Source of the DNA: Heptranchias perlo
Lineage: Eukaryota
Length of the DNA: 64,000 bases
Assembly (NCBI RefSeq): GCF_035084215.1
Contig: NC_090326.1
Span: forward strand, 25,358,001 to 25,422,000
Direction of reading: 5' to 3'
How positions within the stretch are numbered: position 1 is the stretch's first letter; each line of letters starts with the position of its first letter. Of this stretch, positions 51,794 to 64,000 are shown one piece after another. Position numbers and translations under genes: made by a program. The notes beneath the pieces are model-generated. The model saw only the letters and a list, made by a program, of their open reading frames with translations, ran no database searches and was not told the origin of the DNA.

Positions 51794-52407
51794 TATACTA
51801 CATTGTTCCAGAAAAGTTCAGCAGGAATCTTTCACACATCAGTGTTCACACTATCACAAGTTGCAGACAATTGAGAGCTAGGTTGTGTGCCGATGTTCAA
51901 AAATAAACGCATGCGCATGCAGGCTGTGGACATAAAATGACGCGATAACCGTATATACCCCTGCATTAAGCGATCGATAAGTCAACACTCCCTTTCCCCG
52001 GCCAAAACAAAACCGAAAATCTATGACCAACATAGAAGATTCCTCCAACCCCTGCTCCCTAAAGGGTGTAAAATTTGATGTCAATATGCACTCACTATTC
52101 CCACATGTTGCCATCAGAGACAGAGAGCTGGAGAGTGTGTCCAGAATTGGCAGGAGCGCAGGACCAGGCTAGCAGATGGTGAATGAGCAACCATACCATC
52201 CACTACACTAATGTGCAGGACACATTAACCCAAAATTTTGAATTTCATCAAAAGTGGCCAAAATTTTTTGGCTTTTATGAAAAGGCATTGCCTGAAGACA
52301 TTGTGGTTTTTAAATTTAAAAAAAAATTAGTCTGTAATTTAGCAAATAAAGAACTTTGCACCAAAGACAAACTATACTTCTAACAGAGGTTCTAAAGGCA
52401 ACACTCG

Positions 52408-52699
52408 GAAAACGGAAGCAGCATGCTATAGGTAGAGCTAAGCTACCCCCACTACCAACAGATCAGATCAAAGCTCTGCAGTCCTGCCACATCCAGTCAT
52501 GAATGGTGGTGGACAATCGTCGCTGGGTCAAAATCCTGGAACTCCGTACCTAACAGCACTGTGGGAGAACCTTCACCACACGGACTGCAGCGGTTCAAGA
52601 AGGCAGCTCACCACCACCTTCTCAAGGGCAATTAGGGATGGACAATAAATGATAGCCTTGCCAGCGACACCCACATCCCATGAATGAATAATAAAAAAA
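52408..52699 (+). mobile_element. Family B LINE with a large internal deletion
   Basis: Post-APE linker (RKQHAI..RAK..IRSKLCSPATSSHEWWWT) joined at about 52517 directly to the 3'-terminal part and poly(A). Confidence 0.85.
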
Positions 52700-52989
52700 C
52701 ACTCCCAATAGCATCTTCCCAACATTGATTATTGAAATTAAGCCCAGTTTGCACTGACCTGTGCAAGGATCACATGGCAACTGCTCCAAACACAGCACTT
52801 AAACCCACATACCTGCATTGAGCTTATGGTCTTCAAAGAGCTTTCTATTAATAAAAAGCTAAGAACCAGTGACAAATGAAGATAGAAAGCAACACAAAGA
52901 AACATTTCCTATTTATACCCGCTAAATTCAATGGTGGATACCTTTAATTGCTTAGTCCTGTTAGCAGTTTACTCCTGTTGACTATGACA

Positions 52990-53360
52990 CAACACAGAAG
53001 GAGGCCATTTGGTCTATCGGCTCTTTGGTAGAGCTATCCAATTAGTCCCACTCCCCTGCTCTTTTCCCCCATAGCCCTGTGATTTTTTTTCCCCCTTCAA
53101 TTATTTATCCAATTCCCTTTTGAAAGGGACTATTGAATCTGCTTCCATCCCCTTTTCAGGCAGTGCATTCCAGATCATAACTCACTATGTAAAAAAATGT
53201 TTAATCTCGCCTCTGGTTACCGACCCTTCTGCCACTGCAAACAGATTCTCCTTATTTACTCTATCAAAACCTTTCATGATTTTGAACAGCTTGATTCAAT
53301 CTTCTCTTAACCTTCTCTGCTCTAAGGAGAACAACCCCAGCTTCTCCTGTCTCTCCACAT
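52990..53360 (-). mobile_element. CR1 LINE 3' fragment
   Basis: Reverse complement of the 3' end seen at 12780-13190. Confidence 0.8.
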
Positions 53361-55114
53361 TTCCTTGCATTGAAGCTCTTTTCCTTTTTCACCCATGGCC
53401 GATATTGGGTGTGTTGATGTCAATGCAATTTGCCCACTATACAAGGTGGCCAATGCACACTTTTTTTTAAAAAAAAAGCAGAGGAAATCTTCATCCTTCA
53501 TTCCTGCTCTATCTAAACGCCCCAGTCTCATTATGATAATTAAACATCAATATTGACAAATGTTAATAAATAATAACGAGAAATAACCAATCATCATCAG
53601 TTTTAAGGCTCTGCCCATATAGATCTTTTTACAACTCACTGTCAACTCTTCCTCAGCAACTTGGGTTGGAGATTAAAACCCTAGAACCATTTGGGAGGTG
53701 GTCAGTGACGGGGACAGACGGAAAGTGTATGTAGTATGTAGGAGGAAGTGTTAAAAGGCCAAGTCTGCTCTCTCAACTTGTGTCACTGGTTTGTAAGCAG
53801 CAGTCACAGGGTTTCTCGAGGCGATGGGGAGGATGACTGAAGGCAGCAGGGCTGCCCGAGGGGACTTAATGACAGGCAATCGCATATCAAAGAGGTGGAA
53901 ACAGCTGTTCAAATTGCCCGAAATAGTCGGCACGCTTAATATGGTTTAAGCGGCAACTTTAATTGATGCCTATGGTAATGGCAAATGGTCAGCACCATTT
54001 GCCCGATATAGGCGGCTGTCAGGGGATGAGCGCAGGCGGCATAAGTGGGGTGAGGGTTGGCTGTTGGAGGGGGGGGGGGGGGGTGGGGGCGGGGGTGGAA
54101 AAGAGACACTAAATACCTTCAAAATGGTGACCGGGACAACCAGAATTTAATTAACTGTGGCAGCATTTTTCAATAAATCACAAAGTACATTTGTATTTCA
54201 ATTGAATGGCTTAGTCCTTCCCTTGTACTGGTTTTCAGACAAACCAATTAATCGCTGCACCCAGGTATTAAATTAAGCTGGGATATGAATTGTGAGAGTG
54301 AAGCTGGTTTCTAAACCTCTAATGAATTGGGTAAAAATTAAAGCTAATACCAAGTTCAATTTTGAAACTGCTCTATTTTTGTCAGTCAATATTGGTTTCT
54401 TGTCAGCTTGGTAACAATTAGTTGAAAAATATTAAGACTAACCGCTTGCATATAATAACAGCAGATTAGCTGCCACAAACACAGATTATAAGCAAGTATG
54501 GAACAAGAGAAGGGTACTCAAACTCATCAAGTCCACTCCTCCCAATCGCAGGAAAATCTTTCAATACTTGGAAGGTTAAAAAATGCAAGAACCTGCACAG
54601 GCACAATGGGCTGAACACTCTCTTTCTGTGCTGTAAGATTCTATGACATATATTGACCAGTCAAAAATAACTATATGATGTCCTGTCATTCTTATAACTT
54701 TTAGTCACGCTCTTGATATTTACCCAAACTTTTCTTTCGTTAAAAAAAGGCAGAGTTAACTGATCCAGCATTACTTGCTAGTTTTCTGGATTAACCAGCA
54801 TCCTATATAAAAAAAAAGCTACTGCCCTTTTTAAAAATCCAATCTGATCGCTGAAAACAAACCAGTTCCTGCAGTTGTACTGTACTAAAGGGGTCAACAA
54901 ATGTGTTGACGCTGTATTTGTTGAATCTACTTTCTGTAAATAGATTTTGTTGGATGGCCTTTCACTGCCAATTAAAATGCGTGTAACAGGAAGCCCTCAT
55001 GAAACTTCGCTGACCTTTTGGTAAACAAGTAAAATGTTGTGAACAATGTGTTATTTACTCACCAAGAATTGAGCGATAAATCCTTTGTGAATTAAGAAAC
55101 ATCTGTAGCAGTGA

Positions 55115-55715
55115 GAGCAACCAGAACGATTGAGGGGATGGAAGGGTTGGATTATGAAGAGCGATTATGTAAATTGGGCATGTTCTCATTGGAAAAGAAG
55201 GTTGAGAGGTGATATGATTGCTGTTTTTAGGATTCTAAAAAAGGGACTAGATGCAGATCATGGCAAAAAACTGCTTCACCTTGTCCAGAACAGTCGAGGA
55301 CAGGACCTGCGCTCAAAGGGTGGAAACAATATTTCATTGAGTGAGTGGTCAATCTCTGGAATAGGCTCCCTAGGGAGATGGTGGAAGCAGTTGGTATTGA
55401 TTAATTCAAATGCAAATTAGATAGACTACTTTCAGAAAATAACATTTTGGGATACAGTACATGAGAAATTTGAGACATGACATGTGGTAGGTATAACATG
55501 CTTTGGAGGAACAGGTGACTTTGGACCTATGATTCCCAAAGTTCTCCACCACCATGTTTTTCTCACGTCATGTTTGGGTTGTTGTAGACTAATGGATAGC
55601 GATTGATTGCTATGATTAGTCAACAGCTCCATTATCGTTGCGTCACGCAACTACCAGGATGTTAGAAGGCGAACTGGATGAACCTCTGTCTTTTTTGTCT
55701 AGCAGTTCCTATGTT
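55115..55715 (+). mobile_element. Divergent CR1-group LINE 3' fragment
   Basis: KRRLRGDMIAVFRIL and TGGAATAGGCTCCC (WNRLP). Confidence 0.7.
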
Positions 55716-56214
55716 AGAGAGTCAGGCTAAATATAAATAAGTCTCCAGTTTTTTTTTCAGTAATACTATTGGAAGTCATTTCTCTTAAGACTTTGCACTT
55801 GGAAAGTTTCCAGGTTTACTATTGTACAATAAGCTACTGCATTACGTGATAGATCTGGTTTCTAGAGCTGTTACATGGGTTTATTTTTCTCGTGGGATTA
55901 GTTCCACAAATACAAAATATCCACAGCACAAAGTACAGCTGTCAGATGAGCCACTGTGCTTGTGGACACACACACGTGCCTTCTCTCCTGAGGCATCTCT
56001 GCATCTGCCTGCACACAGGTGTATTGCATATTATCTAGTACAAAAATAAACTTTCTTCAAATCAAATACAATTAAAAGGGATTATATAAAACCTATGACA
56101 TAACTACAGACTAATAAAAAAGCATGTTTTTGTTCAATGCAGGTGCACAAGTTAAAATTAAATCATTAAAGTCATAACTGATCACTGTACAACTGTTATT
56201 TCTCGTGGGCATGT

Positions 56215-56985
56215 AATTGACAAATGAATTTCAATATAGCTAAGCGTGAGGTGGTGCATTTTGGTAGGAAGAATAAAGGAGCAGAGGGATCTGTGGGGGG
56301 GGGGAGCGGGGGTACAGATACACAAATCACTAAAAGTAGCAAGGCAGGTTAATAAGGCCATTAAAAAAGCAAATCAAGCACTGGGGTTCATTTCTAGAGG
56401 GATAGAATTGAAAAGCGGAGAAGTTATGTTAAACTTGTATAGAATCTTGGTTAGGCCACACTTGGAGTATTGTGAACAGTTCTCGTCTCTATTATAAAAA
56501 GGATATAAAGGCACTAAAGGTGCAAAAAAGATTTACTAGGATGATACCAGAACTGAGAGATTATACCAATGAGGAAAATTGAACAGGCTGGGGCTCTTTT
56601 CTCTGGAAAAAAGACTGAGGGGTGACCTGAGAGGTCTTAAGGTGATGAATGGGTTTGATAAGGTAGAAGTAGAGATGTTGTTTCCACTTGTGGGAAGTCC
56701 AAAACCAGGGGCCATAAATGTAAGATAGTCACTAATAAATCCAATTGGGAATTCAGGAGAAACTTCTTTACCCAGACAGTGGTTAGAATATGGAACTTGC
56801 TACCACTAGAAGTAGCTGAGACATTTAAGGGGAAGCTAGATAAGCAATGAGGGAGAAAGGAATAGAAGGATATGCAGATGGGGTTCGGTGAAGTAGGGAG
56901 GGAGGATGGTCATGTGGAGCATATACACAGTCACAGACTAGTTGGGCCGAATGGCCTCTTTCTGTGCTGTAAATTCTATGTAATG
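56215..56985 (+). mobile_element. CR1 LINE 3' fragment
   Basis: KANQALGFISR..LVRPHLEYC; tail GGGCCGAATGGCC..ATTCTATG. Confidence 0.85.
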
Positions 56986-58759
56986 CAGTCAGCATGATCT
57001 CTATATCTGTGCCATAAAACTTTTCAGACAATTTTGGCCCATGAAGGAGGCAGTTTTACTGTTAATTTGTTTTCAAAAATTCTCTGGAAAGGTCTCTCAG
57101 CACAGCTGTAGATCATAAGGCTGCCACAATGATGTCATCCTTCCTGGAGAAGGCAATGCAAAAACAGAAGTTATCGGCATTCCCCTCCTAAAATATACCA
57201 TGTTATAGACTGGATTCCTTCCCTACAACATAGTATCACAACATTCAGAACACTTGTCAGGGGATTGCGTTCAATAAAAAAGGGGGGAAAAATAGGCCAT
57301 CGAGCCCAGCCAGTCTGCTCTTTCCAATGGACAGCGTACAACTTTCACAGACACAGACTCAACCCATCTTATTCAATTCCCGAGGGAGCTGAAGAGTCAA
57401 AAGTGAAACTTTCAAGTGGAGAAAGGGTCTAAAATGTCTCCCCAATCCCCACAAGGGTAATTGAACAAAACTCTAGGAACCCAGTCTGGATTATTCAATG
57501 CCGTGCGGCTGCATTCCACGATCTTACGTAGACGAGAGCCATATAGTGTTCCCCAAGTATATTTGAAACACACGTCTCCATTCTTATGCTCATCATGTTC
57601 AGTCTTTTCCTTACTTTATTTTGAGGGGAGGGGGAATGGTGTATTTCCCTTATTTTCTCCTTCCTATTGTTCAAGTATCACCCAGTTCAGCTTCTAGGCT
57701 CCAGTCAAAGTCACCCTTTGTTTTCACTGACACAAGGCCCATCAATAACTTTCCCGGCAACTAAACATCCTGTTTATATTTCTAAAATAAAACATTAATG
57801 GACAATAGCACTGAAAACAATACCTTTTGAAGGTAGGGTGCATACAGTATTTTAAATGTAGGCTCACCAATAAAGTCAGAGTTTGGATAATTTGTTTTGA
57901 CTTATGATCAAGTGCCTTTGACATCTATCCCAGCACTTCATAACGCTCACATTGAGCAGCATTTGCAGACATAACAGGGTCGACGCTTCAAAAGTAATTC
58001 ATTGACTGAAATATTTTGAGACATCCTGAGGATGAGAGAGGCGCTATATAAATGCAAGTTTGCTTGTTTTTCCTTAACTGCCACATCCACTCCACAGGCT
58101 TCCCTACATTCTAGTTCTCCTACGTGCGCTCCATCCTCCATACTTCACACTCCCAGCCATCCCCATTGCCCCCAACCCCTTCTCTAACTGCCCACAGACT
58201 CCAGCATGCCCCTAAACCACAAACTGAGTTCTCCCAGCCTTCAGACCCTCCCGAGTGTGTTTCCCATCCCGCACCCTTGGGGCAGTTCCCCTTCCAGATA
58301 GTAGCCCCCCTCCCTAATGCTCCCAGGCCTTAAACCCCACCCTCAATTTATGAGTGCTGCCAGAGCCCAACAACTACCACCCTGCTGAGCCTCAACAGCT
58401 AGCCCTGGAATTTGAACTCAAGACGTCCAAAGCGAAGGTCGATATCACACACATCAAGCTTCTGGTCGCTGTTACTGCCCATACAGAGTGTTTTGTTCTA
58501 CTATTTGATAGGGTAAATAATTAATTCAAAAATCTCATCACTGAATATTTTGTGATAATGATCAAGAATTGCATAATGATATCTACCATTAGTTGCTGCA
58601 AGCTAAATGAAAGTACTGTGTGAGATGCAGCTGTTCCTCATCTTTGGCCTCAACTTGTAATTTTTCTGTCACTATCTACTCCTAGGCCTGCAGAGTGAAA
58701 TTTTCTGCATTCACTACGTTGACCCTTATACGTCGTCAAAAAATAGGATCCCATCTCAA

Positions 58760-59199
58760 GGTGTCAACTGTGGCTCAGTGGGTCGCACCCTCACCTGAAT
58801 CAGAAGGTTGTGGGTTCAAGCCCCACTCCAGAGACTTGAGGCTGACACTCCAATGCAGTACTGAGGGAGTACTGCACTGTTGGACATGCCATGTTTTGGA
58901 TGAGACATTAAACCAAGGCCCTGTCTGCCCTCTCAGGTGGACGTAAAAGATCCTATGACACTATTCGAGGAAGAGCAGGGGAGTTCTCCCTGATGTCCTG
59001 GCCACAATTTATCTCTTAACCAACACCTAAAACAGATGTTCTGGTCATGTATCTCACTGCTGTTTGTGGGACCTTGCTGTGCGCAAAATGGACTGCCGCA
59101 TTTTCTACATTACAACAGTGACTACACTTCAAAAGTACTTCATTGGCTGTAAAGCACTTTGGGATGTCCTGGAGGTGGTGAAAGGCGCTTCTTTCTTTT
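58760..59199 (+). mobile_element. DeuSINE (SacSINE1-like), full-length
   Basis: Pol III A box TGGCTCAGTGG (58771), B box GGTTCAAGCCC (58813), Deu-like core, and L2-derived 3' tail. Confidence 0.88.
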
Positions 59200-59639
59200 A
59201 TTTTTAGGTGAGGTCAGAGGGTGGCCCATAGTGACTTGTTCACTATCCCAGAAGGGAGCCACTTGGCTCATTATATCTTTCCATATGGACCAAAGAGATC
59301 TATTATCTTTTTCTCCCTCTGCCTCCCCAACCCCCCCACCCAAAAACAAATATATAATTAAAAGCACACCCACCTAACAGTACATGTACAATAATGAACT
59401 CATCAGCTAGAAAGAGGAAAAAAACAAAATCTGATGACACAAGGTTCCAATTCCAATATGTACATCTATGATGTAACGTTGTCACGGCTGCTCTGATCAG
59501 CCATGAACTCTCAAACTCTGGAGTGGAGCTGTAGTACCTGAACGGAAAATGCATTCTTCTGGCACAGGCCCAAACAATGGGCCTCGAACGTCTGCATGGG
59601 GAGGGAAGGAAATCTGAGCCCATTGAAATAATGTACAAC

Positions 59640-60905
59640 AACTTGCATTTATAGTGCCTTTAAACGTAGTAAAGAGTCACAAAGTGCTTCGCAGGAGCAA
59701 ACAAACACAAAATTTGACACCGAGCCACAGAAGGAGATATTAGGACAGGTGACCAAAAACTTGGTCAAAGAGATAGGTTTTAAGGAACGTCTTTAAGGAG
59801 GAGAGAAAAGTAGAGGCAGAGGGGTTTAGGGAGGGAATTCCATAGCTTAGGGTCTAGGCAGCGGAAGGCACAGCCGCCAATGGTGGAGTGATAAAATTGG
59901 GGATGCGTAAGAGGCAAGAATTGAAAGAGTGCAGAGATCTCGGAGGGTTGTAGGAGGTTACAGAGATAGAGAAGGGCGAGGCCATGGAGGGATCTGAAAA
60001 CAAGGATACTACAGCACAGCTTTGATGGGAATACTTTCACCGACTGATTAAGCCCGCATGGCAATTTGACAGAAAAGAAGAATGGCGTTGTATCAGAGCG
60101 CACAAACCAAACAAATACTTCAATGGAGTCTTGTTTTCTGACCGGATGTCACTGGACCAGTTTTTAAAATTCAGAATCATTAAAACAAAAGCTCAAGTTG
60201 AAAAAGAAAACAGATCAAGTATTTACTTTCAAAATCTGAGCACTCATTTTACAAGTAACAACTTGTATTTATATAGCATTTTTAATGTAGTAAAACGTTC
60301 CAAGGCGCTTCATAGGCGCAAAATCAGACAAAAAATTGACCAGAGCCAAATTAGGACCGGTGACCAAACGCTTGTTCAAAGAGGTAGGTTTTAAGTAACA
60401 TCTTAAAGAAGAGGGGTGGAGAGGCAGAGCGGTTTGGGGAGGAAATTCCAGAGCTTAGGGCCTAGAAGGCTGACGGCCCGGCCACCAATGGTGGGGCAAG
60501 GAAGCAGGGAATGCACAAGAGGCCAGAATTGGAGGAACACTGAGTTATGTGAGGGTTGTCGGGCTCGAGGAGGTTACAGAAATAGGGAGGGGTGAGGCCA
60601 TGGAAGGATTTGAACTGGAGGATGAGAATTTTAAAATCAAGGTGTTAGTGAACCAGCAGTCAATATCGGTCAGCACGTATGGGGGTGATGGGTGCACAGG
60701 ACTTGATGCCAGTTAGGACACGGGTAGCAGAGTTTATGAAGTCAAGTTTATGGCGGGTGGAAGATGGGAGGCCGGTCAGGAGAGCACTGGAATAATAAAG
60801 TTTAGAGGTAACAAAAGCATGAATGTGTGTTTCAGCAGCAGATGGGCTAAGCCAAGGGCGGAGACAAGTGATATTAGAGGTAGAAGTAGGCAGTCTTTGA
60901 TGGAG
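59640..60905 (-). mobile_element. Two L2 LINE 3' fragments (about 59640-60005 and 60255-60905)
   Basis: ILVFRSLHGLA..YL..KLWNSLP and HAFVTSKLYYSSALLTGLP are L2 ORF2 C-terminal motifs; tails ACTTGCATTTATAG. Confidence 0.82.
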
Positions 60906-61149
60906 AGGATATGGGGTCGATAAGGAACAAAAGCTCGAATAAGATCCAATTTCAAAACTGCTGTCAGTAGATGCACAAACAAAAATAATCCACAAGTCAA
61001 ACTCCATTAACCCTCATCATTATCTCCTTCACAACAGAAGCCTTCGGACATTCTGACTTGAATTCAAGTAAAGCATCTATTCCTACTTAGCCTAAACCAG
61101 AGCACAAAAAGTCAATCTATTTTTTTTATATAAAAAACTATTAATTACA

Positions 61150-61410
61150 CAATGTGATTTACTCTTAACTGGTCTAGCAAGTCATTCAGTTGCATCAAAC
61201 CACTACAAAGAATAGCGTTACCCACAAACTACAGCGGTGCAAGAAGGTAGCCCATCACCACCTGCTCATGGTAACTAGGGGTGGGAAACAAATGCTGGCC
61301 TTACCACATCCCACGAATGAAATAATAATGTTTTTTCTTATCATTCTCAGGATGTGGGTGCCGTTGGCAAGGCCGGTATTTTTGCCCATCTCTAATTACC
61401 CTTGAGAAGG
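61150..61410. mobile_element. Short family B head+tail element (+, 61150-61329) abutting an antisense family B tail (61331-61410)
   Basis: CAATGTGATTTACTCTTAACT..CTAGCAAGTCATTCAGTTG matches the 5' end of the copy ending at 7466 and is followed directly by the 3' tail. Confidence 0.65.
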
Positions 61411-61429
61411 TGGTGGTCAGTCTTCTTCT

Positions 61430-62487
61430 AGAGTTTTAAACTTAAATAAAGCCAATTACATAGGTATGAGGGGCGAGTTGGCTAAGGTAGATTGGGAAAA
61501 TAGATTAAAAAGGTATGATGGTAGATAAGCGATGGCAAACATTTAAAGAAATATTTCAAAATTCTCTGAGTATACATTTCACTGAGAAATAAAAACTCCA
61601 CGGGAAAAGTGATCCATCTGTGACTAACGAAAGTAGTTAAGGATGGTATTAGATTAAAAGAGGCCTATAATGTTACCAAGAGTAATAAGCTTGACGATTG
61701 GGAGTTTTATAGAAACCAAAGGATGACAAAAAAAAATCATTGATTAAAAGGGAGAAAAACGAATGAGAGTAAACTAGCAAGAAATATAAAAAGATTCTAA
61801 GAGCTTCTATAAAGTATGTAAAAAGGAAGAGAGCAGCGAAAGTAAACATTGGTCCCTGAGACAGGAGAAATTATAATGGGAAATAAGGAAATGGCAGAGA
61901 TGTTAAACAAATATTTTGTACCTGTCTTCACAGTAGAACGCACAAAAAGCACACCAGAAATAGTGGGGAACTAAGGGCCTAATGAGAGTGAGGAACTTAA
62001 AGTAACTATCAGTAGAGAAAAAGTACTAGAGAAGCTAAAAGGGACTAAAAGCTGAAATCTCCTGGACCTGATGGGCTACATCCAAGGGTTCTAAAAGAGG
62101 TGGCTGCAGAGATAGTGGATGCATCGGTTGTGATCTTCCAAAATTCCCTAGATTCTAGAACGGTCCAAGTGGATTGGAAGGTAGCAAATATAACACCGCT
62201 ATTCAAGAAAGGAGGGAGAGCACAAATGGGGAACTACAGATGAGGAGGAATTTCACTCAGAAGGTTGTGAATCTTTGGAATTCTCTACCGCAGAAGCCTG
62301 TGGATGCTAAGATGTTGAGTATATTCAAGGCTGAGATAGATAGATTTTTGGACTGTAAAGGAATCAAGGGATATGGGGATCAGGCGGGAAAGTGGAGTTG
62401 AGGGAGAAGATCAGCCATGATCTTATTAAATGGCGGAGCAGGCTCGAGGGGCCATATGGCCTACTCCTGCTCCTATTTCTTATGTTC
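61430..62487 (+). mobile_element. CR1 LINE with an internal deletion of about 1.1 kb of RT
   Basis: Colinear with 15770-16555, then jumps at GGGAACTACAG|ATGAGGAGG (about 62239) to the equivalent of about 17690. Confidence 0.85.
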
Positions 62488-62695
62488 TTGAACCATTGCA
62501 ATTCGTGTAGGGAAGGTAGTCCTGCAGTGCCATTAGATAGGGATTTTGACCCAGCGATGCTAAAGGAACGGCGATATATGTCCAAGTCGGGATGATGCAT
62601 GAGTTAGGAGGGGAAATTTGAGGTGATGGTGTTCCCAGGTACCTGCTGCCCTTGTCTTTCTAGGTGATGGTCACGGGTTTGGGATGCGCTGTCGA
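62488..62695 (-). mobile_element. Family B LINE internal 3' fragment
   Basis: HHPDLDIYRRSF..AGSKS motif in ORF 62364-62600. Confidence 0.8.
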
Positions 62696-63306
62696 ATGGT
62701 GCGTGCGCCATTTGTCGGTGAATTCTGGATTGCTGCAATACCTATTTATGGTGGAACAGCAGCCCATAGCCTGTTCAGTGATCATCTATTTACATTTAAT
62801 TTGCATGCTATATGCCACTTGAACATTAACCTACTGTGGTAAACAAGTGCCACGTTTACATAATCTGTTCCCACGTGCATTCGCCGCACCTTCACAAAAC
62901 AGCAGCAACTATTTGTTTCTGTACCAACTGCAGGCTATCTGAGTGCATAAACCAGCAACACAGAGCAATTATTAAAATCATCTGTTCTTTCCCATCTAGA
63001 CAAACAGCTGTGGCACAATTGTGTAGAGGGGACACGCACGCGTGCGCACACAACGTTGTAATTTCCTCCATGGGCATATTGGCCGTTAATGCACATTGTC
63101 CAAGCTCTTACGAGGAATGGGCACTTGGTTAAGACATTAGAGGGCTGTTGGCAGCTGTGAATCTACACCCCACCATGAGTCAGCACCTCGAGGGGAGGGG
63201 GAAGACGACTTTTTCATAAATATATTTATCTGAATGTTGTACTCACCTCATTTGTGTAAGGCAAGCATACACTTAAAAATATTACAACCAAATTTTTTCC
63301 CAGTCA

Positions 63307-63317
<11 letters not shown>

Positions 63318-63349
<32 letters not shown>
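63318..63349. repeat. (TA)n microsatellite
   Basis: About 16 TA units. Confidence 0.95.
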
Positions 63350-63355
<6 letters not shown>

Positions 63356-64000
63356 TAAAAGATACAAGGAAATATGTAAATGTATTTCTTTATCTGGGTT
63401 GGGGGAAGGAGTGTCAAAGGGGAATATTCTATCAAGTCCCAAACCACAAGTGTCATCAGTCAAGGTCTAGTAGAACTACTAAAGATAAAAACATACACAA
63501 AAAGTATGGGTTTGAAGGCACAGGGTCCAAGTAAGAAATTTAAACTGTGGATTCGAAGGACTAATAAACCACGAGCTATTTTGCCTACAGTTGATGTCAT
63601 GAGTTCCTTGATTGGACTCCAGCCCAGCAATCCACAACCATTCATTCAATATCCTTTATGTTGTGCATGTGAGCTAGGCAAACATTTTATAATTAAATGT
63701 AATACTATAATAGCACCGAGTATCCACCGAATATTCTTCACCACACTGCGTCCGTTTCCCCTCCCTTGCCTATGCACAACTGAGGAACACTAGTTAAAAG
63801 AGGACACTCATTTTCTGCAGTGTTTTTATTCGATAGAGGGATCATTATCTCAAAATATTTTGTATGACCTTGCCTTTGCAGTAATGATATTTTTCTGGCG
63901 ATCAGCCTAGCTGCAGCACAAGACATCAACTTGAAGGTTTAATTGGCAATGAAGAGAGACAACAAACAAATGTGAACTGATCTGTGCATCAGGAACCTGC

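Noticed and set aside
58760-58830. tRNA gene (A and B boxes)
   Set aside because: Continues into the SINE body and is repeated many times in the window, so it is a SINE head.
45891-64000. Large upstream EEPD1 exon encoding the HhH domains
   Set aside because: No matching long minus-strand ORF in the track; it is probably beyond the window end.
1-64000. CRISPR array or prokaryotic defence/retron-type system
   Set aside because: No regularly spaced direct repeats or operon-like ORFs; all RT and nuclease motifs belong to eukaryotic CR1/L2/Penelope elements.

Overview
Vertebrate genomic DNA, most likely from a shark or other cartilaginous fish, judged from its repeats: shark-type CR1 LINEs, tRNA-headed DeuSINEs, Penelope-like elements, and L2 and Harbinger relics. 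The window lies inside a minus-strand EEPD1 gene. Four internal coding exons with canonical AG/GT sites splice in frame (45839-45890, 19143-19253, 7718-7852, 2768-2894); the first and last coding exons appear to lie outside the window. The rest is intron, largely transposon-derived, and almost all ORFs in the track are TE fragments or noise. I found no clearly new multi-gene system. The most unusual structures are: (1) a 171-bp inverted repeat whose 26-bp core is flipped in one arm; (2) a LINE copy with an in-frame deletion of the RT core that leaves an intact endonuclease-containing ORF, plus head+tail derivatives of that family; (3) a minimal hammerhead ribozyme motif in a Penelope terminus; (4) a Harbinger-type MITE in a palindromic site. 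Repeat boundaries were read by eye and are approximate; family names come from recalled motifs, not database searches.
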